This document shows, in pieces, positions 10,937 to 24,000 of a stretch of DNA of 50,598 bases. The notes below the pieces were generated by a model. That model saw only the letters and a program-made list of their open reading frames with translations, was not told the origin of the DNA and ran no database searches. The DNA is from Utricularia gibba (Eukaryota > Plantae > Magnoliophyta). The translations under genes and the position numbers were made by a program. Every line of letters starts with the position of its first letter. The first letter of the stretch is position 1. Where the stretch lies: NCBI GenBank assembly GCA_002189035.1, contig NEEC01000290.1, forward strand, positions 1 to 50,598. The letters are read 5' to 3'.

Positions 10937-13900
10937 AAACGCATCATTATTTTCGTCGACTCGCACCGGTTGGACTCATGAGCCGGACTGAACGGGGGGC
11001 CGACCAAGTGCCCAGCGAGAGTAGTCGCCCACAAAACGAGAAGCTGTTCCTTGAAAAACCATGTAGGCAGCCCCGAAAACCGAACGTTAATAAATGCATC
11101 ACTTTAGTTGCCAGGCTACAACTAACTTTCGGCCCAAGCCAACCTGACCATTGTCCCGTTCAGGTGCCCCCAAGACCGCCTCCTCAAGTATAAAGTAAGT
11201 TGTTGAAAAAATCATGTGGGGTGCACGTGACATCTTACTTTAAACAAATGCATCATTATTTTCGTCGACTCGCACCGGTTGGACTCATGAGCCGGACTGA
11301 ACGGGGGCCGACCAAGTGCCCAGCGAGAGTAGTCGCCACAAAACGAGAAGCTGTTCCTTGAAAAACCTTGTAGGCAGCCCCGAAAACCGAACGTTAATAA
11401 ATGCATCACTTTAGTTGCCAGGCTACAACTAACTTTCGGCCCAAGCCAAACCTGACCATTGTCCCGTTCAGGTGCCCCCAAGACCGCCTCCTCAAGTATA
11501 AAGTAAGTTGTTGAAAAAATCATGTGGGGTGCACGTGACATCTTACTTTAAACAAATGCATCATTATTTTTCGTCGACTCGCACCGGTTGGACTCATGAG
11601 CCGGACTGAACGGGGGCCGACCAAGTGCCAGCGAGAGTAGTCGCCACAAAACGAGAAGCTGTTCCTTGAAAAACCATGTAGGCAGCCCCGAAAACCGAAC
11701 GTTAATAAATGCATCACTTTAGTTGCCAGGCTACAACTAACTTTCGGCCCAAGCCAACCTGACCATTGTCCCGTTCCAGGTGCCCCAAGACCGCCTCCTC
11801 AAGTATAAAGTAAGTTGTTGAAAAAATCATGTGGGTGCACGTGACATCTTACTTTAAACAAATGCATCATTATTTTCGTCGACTCGCACCGGTTGGACTC
11901 ATGAGCCGGACTGAACGGGGGGCCGACCAAGTGCCCAGCGAGAGTGCCACAAAACGAGAAGCTGTTCCTTTAAAAACCATGTAGGCAGCCCCTGAAAACC
12001 GAACGTTAATAAATGCATCACTTTAGTTGCCAGGCTACAACTAACTTTCGGCCCAAGCCAACCTGACCATTGTCCCGTTCCAGGTGCCCCCAAGACCGCC
12101 TCCTCAAGTATAAAGTAAGTTGTTGAAAAAATCATGTGGGGTGCACGTGACATCTTACTTTAAACAAATGCATCATTATTTTCGTCGACTCGCACCGGTT
12201 GGACTCATGAGCCGGACCGAACGGGGGGCCCGACCAAGTGCCCAGCGAGAGTAGTCGCCACAAAACGAGAAGCTGTTCCTTGAAAAACCATGTAGGCAGC
12301 CCCTGAAAACCGAACGTTAATAAATGCATCACTTTTTGCCAGGCTACAACTAACTTTCGTCCCAACCCAACCTGACCATTGTCCCGTTCCAGGTGCCCCC
12401 AAGACCGCCTCCTCAAGTATAAAGTAAGTTGTTGAAAAAATCATGTGGGGTGCACGTGACATCTTACTTTAAACAAATGCATCATTATTTTCGTCGACTC
12501 GCACCGGTTGGACTCATGAGCCGGACTGAACGGGGGGCCGACCAAGTGCCCAGCGAGAGTAGTCGCCACAAAACGAGAAGCTGTTCCTTTAAAAACCATG
12601 TAGGCAGCCCCTGAAAACCGAACGTTAATAAATGCATCACTTTAGTTGCCAGGCTACAACTAACTTTCGGCCCAAGCCAAACCTGACCATTGTCCCGTTC
12701 AGGTGCCCCCCAAGACCGCCTCCTCAAGTATAAAGTAAGTTGTTGAAAAAATCATGTGGGGTGCACGTGACATCTTACTTTAAACAAATGCATCATTATT
12801 TCGTCGACTCGCACGGTTGGCTCATGAGCCGGACAACGGGGGGCTGACCAAGTGCCCAGCGAGAGTGCCACAAAACGAGAAGCTGTTCCTTTAAAAACCT
12901 TGTAGGCAGCGCCCGAAAACCGAACGTTAATAAATGCATCACTTTATTTGCAAGGCTACAACTAACTTTCGGCCCAAGCCCAACCTGACCATTGTCCCGT
13001 TCCAGGTGCCCCCCAAGACCGCCTCCTCAAGTATAAAGTAAGTTGTTGAAAAAATCATGTGGGGTGCACGTGACATCTTACTTTAAACAAATGCATCATT
13101 ATTTTCGTCGACTCGCACCGGTTGGGCTCATGAGCCGGACTGAACGGGGGGCCGACCAAGTGCCCAGCGAGAGTAGTCGCCACAAAACGAGAAGCTGTTC
13201 CTTGAAAAACCATGTAGGCAGCCCCTGAAAACCGAACGTTAATAAATGCATCACTTTAGTTGCCAGGCTACAACTAACTTTCGCCCAAACCCAACCTGAC
13301 CATTGTCCCGTTCGGTGCCCCCCAAGACCGCCTCCTCAAGTATAAAGTAAGTTGTTGAAAAAATCATGTGGGGTGCACGTGACATCTTACTTTAAACAAA
13401 TGCATCATTATTTTCGTCGACTCGCACCGGTTGGCTCATGAGCCGGACTGAACGGGGGGCCCGACCAAGTGCCCAGCGAAGTAGTCGCCACAAAACGAGA
13501 AGCTGTTCCTTGAAAAACCTGTAGGCAGCCCCTGAAAACCGAACGTTAATAAATGCATCACTTTAGTTGCCAGGCTACAACTAACTTTCGGCCCAAGCCA
13601 ACCTGACCATTGTCCCGTTCAAGGTGCCCCCCAAGACCGCCTCCTCAAGTATAAAGTAAGTTGTTGAAAAAATCATGTGGGGTGCACGTGACATCTTACT
13701 TTAAACAAATGCATCATTATTTTCGTCGACTCGCACCGGTTGGACTCATGAGCGGGACCGAACGGGCGCCGGACCAAGTGCCCAGCGAGAGTAGTCGCCA
13801 CAAACGAGAAGCTGTTCCTTGAAAAACCATGTAGGCAGCCCCTGAAAACCGAACGTTAATAAATGCATCACTTTAGTTGCCAGGCTACAACTAACTTTCG

Positions 13901-16900
13901 GCCCAAGCCAACCTGACCATTGTCCCGTTCCAGGTGCCCCCAAGACCGCCTCCTCAAGTATAAAGTAAGTTGTTGAAAAAATCATGTGGGGTGCACGTGA
14001 CATCTTACTTTAAACAAATGCATCATTATTTTCGTCGACTCGCACCGGTTGGGCTCATGAGCCGGACCAAACGGAGGGCCGACCAAGTGCCAGTTAGAGT
14101 GGCCACACAAAACGAGAAGCTGTTCCTTGAAAAACCATGTAGGCAGCCCGAAAACCGAACGTTAATAATGCATCACTTTAGTTGCCAGGCTACAACTAAC
14201 TTTCGGCCCAAGCCAACCTGACCATTGTCCGTTCAGGTGCCCCCAAGACCGCCTCCTCAAGTATAAAGTAAGTTGTTGAAAAAATCATGTGGGGTGCACG
14301 TGACATCTTACTTTAAAAAATGCATCATTATTTTCGTCGACTCGCACCCGGTTGGACTCATGAGCCGGACCGAACGGCGCCGACCAAGTGCCAGCGAGAG
14401 TAGCCGCACAAAACGAGAAGCTGTTCCTTGAAAAACCATGTAGGCAGCCCCTGAAAACCGAACGTTAATAAATGCATCACTTTAGTTGCCAGGCTACAAC
14501 TAACTTTCGGCCCAAGCCAACCTGACCATTGTCCCGTTAGGTGCCCCCCAAGACCGCCTCCTCAAGTATAAAGTAAGTTGTTGAAAAATCATGTGGGGTG
14601 CACGTGACATCTTACTTTAAACAAATGCATCATTATTTTCGTCGACTCGCACCGGTTGGACTCATGAGCCGGACCGAACGGGGCTGACCAAGTGCCCAGC
14701 GAGAGTAGTCGCCACAAAACGAGAAGCTGTTCCTTGAAAAACCTGTAGGCAGCCCCTGAAAACCGAACGTTAATAAATGCATCACTTTAGTTGCCAGGCT
14801 ACAACTAACTTTCGTCCCAAGCCAAACCTGACCATTGTCCCGTTCTAGGTGCCCCAAGACCGCCCTCAAGTATAAAGTAAGTTGTTGAAAAAATCATGTG
14901 GGGTGCACGTGACATCTTACTTTAAACAATGCATCATTATTTTCGTCGACTCGCACCGGTTGGCTCATGAGCCGGACCGAACGGAGACCAAGTGCCCAGC
15001 GAGAGTAGTCGCCACACAAAACGAGAAGCTGTTCCTTGAAAAACCATTGTAGGCAGCCCCTGAAAACCGAACGTTAATAAATGCATCACTTTAGTTGCCA
15101 GGCTACAACTAACTTTCGGCCCAAGCCAACCTGACCATTGTCCCGTTCAAGGTGCCCCAAAGACCGCCTCCTCAAGTATAAAGTAAGTTGTTGAAAAAAT
15201 CATGTGGGGTGCACGTGACATCTTACTTTAAAAATGCATCATTATTTTCGTCGACTCGCACCGGTTGGGCTCATGAGCCGGACAAACGGGGCCGACCAAG
15301 TGCCCAGTTAAGTGGCCGACACAAAACGAGAAGCTGTTCCTTGAAAAACCTTGTAGGCAGCCCCTGAAAACCGAACGTTAATAAATGCATCACTTTATTT
15401 GCAAGGCTACAACTAACTTTCGGCCCAAGCCAACCTGACCATTGTCCCGTTCAGGTGCCCCCAAGACCGCCTCCTCAAGTATAAAGTAAGTTGTTGAAAA
15501 AATCATGTGGGGTGCACGTGACATCTTACTTTAAACAAATGCATCATTATTTTCGTCGACTCGCACCGGTTGGGCTCATGAGCCGGACCAACGGAGGCTT
15601 GACCAAGTGCCCAGTAAAGTGGCGCACAAAACGAGAAGCTGTTCCTTGAAAAACCTGTAGGCAGCCCCTGAAAACCGAACGTTAATAAATGCATCACTTT
15701 AGTTGCAAGGCTACAACTAACTTTCGGCCCAAGCCAACCTGACCATTGTCCCGTTTCAGGTGCCCCCAAGACCGCCTCCTCAAGTATAAAGTAAGTTGTT
15801 GAAAAAATCATGTGGGGTGCACGTGACATCTTACTTTAAACAAATGCATCATTATTTTCGTCGACTCGCACCGTTGGACTCATGAGCCGGACCGAACGGG
15901 CGCCGGACCAAGTGCCCAGCGAGAGTAGTCGCACAAAACGAGAAGCTGTTCCTTGAAAAACCATGTAGGCAGCCCCTGAAAACCGAACGTTAATAAATGC
16001 ATCACTTAGTTGCCAGGCTACAACTAACTTTCGGCCCAAGCCAACCTGACCATTGTCCCGTTCCAGGTGCCCCCCAAGACCGCCTCCTCAAGTATAAAGT
16101 AAGTTGTTGAAAAAATCATGTGGGGTGCACGTGACATCTTACTTTAAACAAACGCATCATTATTTTCGTCGACTCGCACCGGTTGGACTCATGAGCCGGA
16201 CTGAACGGGGGGCCCGACCAAGTGCCCAGCGAGAGTAGTCGCCACAAAACGAGAAGCTGTTCCTTGAAAAACCATGTAGGCAGCCCCTGAAAACCGAACG
16301 TTAATAAATGCATCACTTTAGTTGCCAGGCTACAACTAACTTTCGGCCCAAGCCAACCTGACCATTGTCCCGTTCAGGTGCCCCCCAAGACCGCCTCCTC
16401 AAGTATAAAGTAAGTTGTTGAAAAAATCATGTGGGGTGCACGTGACATCTTACTTTAAACAAATGCATCATTATTTTCGTCGACTCGCACCGGTTGGGCT
16501 CATGAGCCGGACCAAACGGAGGCTTGACCAAGTGCCCAGTTAAGTGGCGACACAAAACGAGAAGCTGTTCCTTGAAAAACCTTGTAGGCAGCCCCCGAAA
16601 ACCGAACGTTAATAAATGCATCACTTTATTTGCAAGGCTACAACTAACTTTCGTCCCAAGCCAAACCTGACCATTGTCCCGTTCAGGTGCCCCCAAGACC
16701 GCCTCCTCAAGTATAAAGTAAGTTGTTGAAAAAATCATGTGGGGTGCACGTGACATCTTACTTTAAAAAGCATCATTATTTTCGTCGACTCGCACCCGGT
16801 TGGGCTCATGAGCCGGACCGAACGCAGCGCCGACCAAGTGCCCAGCGAGAGTGGCGCACAAAACGAGAAGCTGTTCCTTGAAAAAACCATGTAGGCAGCC

Positions 16901-19900
16901 CCTGAAAACCGAACGTTAATAAATGCATCACTTTAGTTGCCAGGCTACAACTAACTTTCGGCCCAAACCAACCTGACCATTGTCCCGTTCAAGGTGCCCC
17001 CCAAGACCGCCTCCTCAAGTATAAAGTAAGTTGTTGAAAAATCATGTGGGGTGCACGTGACATCTTACTTTAAACAAATGCATCATTATTTTCGTCGACT
17101 CGCACCGGTTGGACTCATGAGCCGGACCAACGGAGGCCGGACCAAGTGCCCAGCGAGAGTAGTCGCACAAAACGAGAAGCTGTTCCTTGAAAAACCTTGT
17201 AGGCAGCCCCGAAAACCGAACGTTAATAAATGCATCACTTTATTTGCAAGGCTACAACTAACTTTCGGCCCAAGCCAACCTGACCATTGTCCCGTTCAGG
17301 TGCCCCCAAGACCCTCCTCAAGTATAAAGTAAGTTGTTGAAAATCATGTGGGGTGCACGTGACATCTTACTTTAAACAAATGCATCATTATTTTCGTCGA
17401 CTCGCACCGTTGGGCTCATGAGCCGGACCAACGGAGGCCGACCAAGTGCCCAGCGAGAGTGGCGCACAAAACGAGAAGCTGTTCCTTGAAAAACCATGTA
17501 GGCAGCCCCTGAAAACCGAACGTTAATAAATGCATCACTTTATTTGCAAGGCTACAACTAACTTTCGTCCAAAGCCAACCTGACCATTGTCCCGTTCAGG
17601 TGCCCCCAAGACCGCCTCCTCAAGTATAAAGTAAGTTGTTGAAAAAATCATGTGGGGTGCACGTGACATCTTACTTTAAACAAATGCATCATTATTTTCG
17701 TCGACTCGCACCGGTTGGACTCATGAGCCGGACCGAACGGGGCCCGACCAAGTGCCCAGCGAGAGTAGTCGCCACAAAACGAGAAGCTGTTCCTTGAAAA
17801 ACCATGTAGGCAGCCCCTGAAAACCGAACGTTAATAAATGCATCACTTTAGTTGCCAGGCTACAACTAACTTTCGGCCCAAGCCAACCTGACCATTGTCC
17901 CGTTCCAGGTGCCCCCCAAGACCGCCTCCTCAAGTATAAAGTAAGTTGTTGAAAAAATCATGTGGGGTGCACGTGACATCTTACTTTAAAAAATGCATCA
18001 TTATTTTCGTCGACTCGCACCGGTTGGGCTCATGAGCCGGACCAAACGGAGCTTGACCAAGTGCCCAGTTAGAGTGGCCGCACAAAACGAGAAGCTGTTC
18101 CTTGAAAAACCTTGTAGGCAGCCCCTGAAAACCGAACGTTAATAAATGCATCACTTTAGTTGCAAGGCTACAACTAACTTTCGGCCCAAGCCAACCTGAC
18201 CATTGTCCCGTTCAGGTGCCCCCCAAGACCGCCTCCTCAAGTATAAAGTAAGTTGTTGAAAAAATCATGTGGGGTGCACGTGACATCTTACTTTAAACAA
18301 ATGCATCATTATTTTCGTCGACTCGCACCGGTTGGGCTCATGAGCCGGACCAAACGGAGGCCGACCAAGTGCCCAGTTAAAGTGGCCCACAAAACGAGAA
18401 GCTGTTCCTTGAAAAACCATGTAGGCAGCCCCTGAAAACCGAACGTTAATAAATGCATCACTTTAGTTTGCCAGGCTACAACTAACTTTCGGCCCAAGCC
18501 AACCTGACCATTGTCCCGTTCAGGTGCCCCCCAAGACCGCCTCCTCAAGTATAAAGTAAGTTGTTGAAAAAATCATGTGGGGGCACGTGACATCTTACTT
18601 TAAACAAATGCATCATTATTTTCGTCGACTCGCACCGGTTGGACTCATGAGCGGGACCGAACGGCGCCGGACCAAGTGCCCAGCGAGAGTAGTCGCCACA
18701 AAACGAGAAGCTGTTCCTTGAAAAACCATGTAGGCAGCCCCTGAAAACCGAACGTTAATAAATGCATCACTTTAGTTGCCAGGCTACAACTAACTTTCGT
18801 CCCAGCCCAACCTGACCATTGTCCCGTTCAGGTGCCCCCCAAGACCGCCTCCTCAAGTATAAAGTAAGTTGTTGAAAAAATCATGTGGGGTGCACGTGAC
18901 ATCTTACTTTAAACAAACGCATCATTATTTTCGTCGACTCGCACCGGTTGGACTCATGAGCCGGACTGAACGGGGGCCCGACCAAGTGCCCAGCGAGAGT
19001 AGTCGCCACAAAAAACGAGAAGCTGTTCCTTGAAAAACCATGTAGGCAGCCCCTGAAAACCGAACGTTAATAAATGCATCACTTTAGTTGCCAGGCTACA
19101 ACTAACTTTCGGCCCAAGCCAACCTGACCATTGTCCCGTTCCAGGTGCCCCCCAAGACCGCCTCCTCAAGTATAAAGTAAGTTGTTGAAAAAATCATGTG
19201 GGGTGCACGTGACATCTTACTTTAAACAAATGCATCATTATTTTCGTCGACTCGCACCGGTTGGGCTCATGAGCCGGACCAAACGGAGGGCCGACCAAGT
19301 GCCCAGTTAAAGTGGCCGACACAAAACGAGAAGCTGTTCCTTGAAAAACCTGTAGGCAGCCCCGAAAACCGAACGTTAATAAATGCATCACTTTATTTGC
19401 AAGGCTACAACTAACTTTCGTCCCAAGCCAACCTGACCATTGTCCCGTTCAGGTGCCCCAAGACCGCCTCCTCAAGTATAAAGTAAGTTGTTGAAAAAAT
19501 CATGTGGGGTGCACGTGACATCTTACTTTAAACAAATGCATCATTATTTTCGTCGACTCGCACCGGTTGGACTCATGAGCGGGACCGAACGGGCGCCGGA
19601 CCAAGTGCCCAGCGAGAGTAGTCGCCACAAAACGAGAAGCTGTTCCTTGAAAAACCATGTAGGCAGCCCCTGAAAACCGAACGTTAATAAATGCATCACT
19701 TTAGTTGCCAGGCTACAACTAACTTTCGGCCCAAGCCCAACCTGACCATTGTCCCGTTCCAGGTGCCCCCAAGACCGCCTCCTCAAGTATAAAGTAAGTT
19801 GTTGAAAAAATCATGTGGGGTGCACGTGACATCTTACTTTAAAAATGCATCATTATTTTCGTCGACTCGCACCGGTTGGGCTCATGAGCCGGACCAAACG

Positions 19901-20704
19901 GAGGCTTGACCAAGTGCCCAGTTAAAGTGGCCGACACAAAACGAGAAGCTGTTCCTTGAAAAACCATGTAGGCAGCCCCTGAAAACCGAACGTTAATAAA
20001 TGCATCACTTTATTTGCCAGGCTACAACTAACTTTCGGCCCAAGCCAACCTGACCATTGTCCCGTTCAGGTGCCCCCAAGACCGCCCTCAAGTATAAAGT
20101 AAGTTGTTGAAAAAATCATGTGGGGTGCACGTGACATCTTACTTTAAACAAATGCATCATTATTTTCGTCGACTCGCACCACCCGAGCCGGACCAAACGG
20201 AAAGTGCCCAGTGAGAGTGGCCACACAAAACGAGAAGCTGTTCCTTGAAAAACCATGTAGGCAGCCCCGAAAACCGAACGTTAATAAATGCATCACTTTA
20301 TTTGCCAGGCTACAACTAACTTTCGGCCCAAGCCAAACCTGACCATTGTCCCGTTCTAGGTGCCCCCAAGACCGCCTCCTCAAGTATAAAGTAAGTTGTT
20401 GAAAAAATCATGTGGGGTGCACGTGACATCTTACTTTAAACAAATGCATCATTATTTTCGTCGACTCGCACCGGTTGGACTCATGAGCCGGACCGAACGC
20501 AGCGCCGACCAAGTGCCCAGCGAGAGTAGTCGCCACAAAAACGAGAAGCTGTTCCTTGAAAAACCATGTAGGCAGCCCTGAAAACCGAACGTTAATAAAT
20601 GCATCACTTTAGTTGCCAGGCTACAACTAACTTTCGGCCCAAGCCAACCTGACCATTGTCCCGTTTAGGTGCCCCCAAGACCGCCTCCTCAAGTATAAAG
20701 TAAG

Positions 20705-21012
20705 TTGTTGAAAAAATCATGTGGGGTGCACGTGACATCTTACTTTAAAAATGCATCATTATTTTCGTCGACTCGCACCGGTTGGGCTCATGAGCCGGAC
20801 CAAACGGAGGCTTGACCAAGTGCCCAGTTAAAGTGGCCGACACAAAACGAGAAGCTGTTCCTTGAAAAACCTTGTAGGCAGCCCCTGAAAACCGAACGTT
20901 AATAAATGCATCACTTTATTTGCAAGGCTACAACTAACTTTCGTCCCAAGCCAACCTGACCATTGTCCCGTTTCAGGTGCCCCCAAGACCGCCTCCTCAA
21001 GTATAAAGTAAG
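20705..21012 (+). repeat. Representative B-type unit, 308 bp
   Basis: Linked alleles gggctc, ccaaacggaggcttgacc, cagttaaagtggcc, ccttgtagg, tttatttgcaaggc, ttcgtccc. The same set recurs in many units (e.g. ~16500, ~22950, ~23560, ~33730). Confidence 0.88.
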
Positions 21013-24000
21013 TTGTTGAAAAAATCATGTGGGGTGCACGTGACATCTTACTTTAAACAAACGCATCATTATTTTCGTCGACTCGCAGCCGGTTGGACTC
21101 ATGAGCCGGACTGAACGGGCGCCCGACCAAGTGCCCAGCGAGAGTAGTCGCCACAAAACGAGAAGCTGTTCCTTGAAAAACCATGTAGGCAGCCCCTGAA
21201 AACCGAACGTTAATAAATGCATCACTTTAGTTGCCAGGCTACAACTAACTTTCGGCCCAAACCAACCTGACCATTGTCCCGTTCCAGGTGCCCCCCAAGA
21301 CCGCCTCCTCAAGTATAAAGTAAGTTGTTGAAAAAATCATGTGGGGTGCACGTGACATCTTACTTTAAACAAATGCATCATTATTTTCGTCGACTCGCAC
21401 CGGTTGGGCTCATGAGCCGGACCAAACGGAGGGCTTGACCAAGTGCCCAGTAAAGTGGCCACACAAAACGAGAAGCTGTTCCTTGAAAAACCTTGTAGGC
21501 AGCCCCGAAAACCGAACGTTAATAAATGCATCACTTTATTTGCCAGGCTACAACTAACTTTCGTCCCAAGCCAAACCTGACCATTGTCCCGTTCTAGGTG
21601 CCCCCAAGACCGCCTCCTCAAGTATAAAGTAAGTTGTTGAAAAAATCATGTGGGGTGCACGTGACATCTTACTTTAAACAAATGCATCATTATTTTCGTC
21701 GACTCGCACCGGTTGGACTCATGAGCCGGACCGAACGCAGCGCCGGACCAAGTGCCCAGCGAGAGTAGTCGCCACAAAAACGAGAAGCTGTTCCTTGAAA
21801 AACCATGTAGGCAGCCCTGAAAACCGAACGTTAATAAATGCATCACTTTAGTTGCCAGGCTACAACTAACTTTCGGCCCAAGCCCAACCTGACCATTGTC
21901 CCGTTCAAGGTGCCCCCCAAGACCGCCTCCTCAAGTATAAAGTAAGTTGTTGAAAAAATCATGTGGGGTGCACGTGACATCTTACTTTAAACAAATGCAT
22001 CATTATTTTCGTCGACTCGCACCGGTTGGGCTCATGAGCCGGACCAAACGGGGCTTGACCAAGTGCCCAGTTAAAGTGGCCACAAAACGAGAAGCTGTTC
22101 CTTGAAAAACCTTGTAGGCAGCCCCTGAAAACCGAACGTTAATAAATGCATCACTTTATTTGCCAGGCTACAACTAACTTTCGGCCCAAGCCAAACCTGA
22201 CCATTGTCCCGTTTCAGGTGCCCCCAAGACCGCCTCCTCAAGTATAAAGTAAGTTGTTGAAAAAATCATGTGGGGTGCACGTGACATCTTACTTTAAACA
22301 AATGCATCATTATTTTCGTCGACTCGCACCGGTTGGGCTCATGAGCCGGACCAACGGAGGCCACCAAGTGCCCAGAGAGTGGCCGCACAAAACGAGAAGC
22401 TGTTCCTTGAAAAACCTTGTAGGCAGCCCCGAAAACCGAACGTTAATAAATGCATCACTTTATTTGCAAGGCTACAACTAACTTTCGTCCCAAGCCAACC
22501 TGACCATTGTCCCGTTCTAGGTGCCCCCCAAGACCGCCTCCTCAAGTATAAAGTAAGTTGTTGAAAAAATCATGTGGGGTGCACGTGACATCTTACTTTA
22601 AACAAATGCATCATTATTTTCGTCGACTCGCACGGTTGGACTCATGAGCCGGACTGAACGGGGCCGGACCAAGTGCCCAGCGAGAGTAGTCGCCACAAAA
22701 CGAGAAGCTGTTCCTTGAAAAACCATGTAGGCAGCCCCTGAAAACCGAACGTTAATAAATGCATCACTTTAGTTGCCAGGCTACAACTAACTTTCGGCCC
22801 AAGCCAACCTGACCATTGTCCCGTTCAGGTGCCCCCAAGACCGCCTCCTCAAGTATAAAGTAAGTTGTTGAAAAAATCATGTGGGGTGCACGTGACATCT
22901 TACTTTAAAATGCATCATTATTTTCGTCGACTCGCACCGGTTGGGCTCATGAGCCGGACCAAACGGAGGCTTGACCAAGTGCCCAGTTAAAGTGGCCGAC
23001 ACAAAACGAGAAGCTGTTCCTTGAAAAACCTTGTAGGCAGCCCCTGAAAACCGAACGTTAATAAATGCATCACTTTATTTGCAAGGCTACAACTAACTTT
23101 CGGCCCAAGCCAACCTGACCATTGTCCCGTTCAGGTGCCCCAAGACCGCCTCCTCAAGTATAAAGTAAGTTGTTGAAAAAATCATGTGGGGTGCACGTGA
23201 CATCTTACTTTAAACAAACGCATCATTATTTTCGTCGACTCGCACCGGTTGGACTCATGAGCCGGACTGAACGGGGCCCGACCAAGTGCCTAGCGAGAGT
23301 AGTCGCCACAAAACGAGAAGCTGTTCCTTGAAAAACCATGTAGGCAGCCCCTGAAAAACCGAACGTTAATAAATGCATCACTTTAGTTGCCAGGCTACAA
23401 CTAACTTTCGGCCCAAACCAACCTGACCATTGTCCCGTTCCAGGTGCCCCCAAGACCGCCTCCTCAAGTATAAAGTAAGTTGTTGAAAAAATCATGTGGG
23501 GTGCACGTGACATCTTACTTTAAACAAATGCATCATTATTTTCGTCGACTCGCACCGGTTGGGCTCATGAGCCGGACCAAACGGAGGGCTTGACCAAGTG
23601 CCCAGTTAAGTGGCCCACAAAACGAGAAGCTGTTCCTTGAAAAACCTTGTAGGCAGCGCCGAAAACCGAACGTTAATAAATGCATCACTTTATTTGCAAG
23701 GCTACAACTAACTTTCGTCCCAAGCCAAACCTGACCATTGTCCCGTTCTAGGTACCCCAAGACCGCCTCCTCAAGTATAAAGTAAGTTGTTGAAAAAATC
23801 ATGTGGGGTGCACGTGACATCTTACTTTAAAAATTGCATCATTATTTTCGTCGACTCGCACCCGGTTGGGCTCATGAGCCGGACCGAACGCAGCGCCGAC
23901 CAAGTGCCCAGTGAGAGTGGCCGACACAAAACGAGAAGTTGTTCCTTTAAAAACCATGTAGGCAGCCCCTGAAAACCGAACGTTAATAAATGCATCACTT

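Noticed and set aside
21105-21170. 5S rRNA-like fragments (ctgaacg..cgcccga, gaagct, agaccgcc)
   Set aside because: The matches are only 6-8 nt, their spacing does not fit the ~120-nt 5S gene, and there is no intact internal control region or T-run terminator. A cmsearch with RF00001 would settle it.
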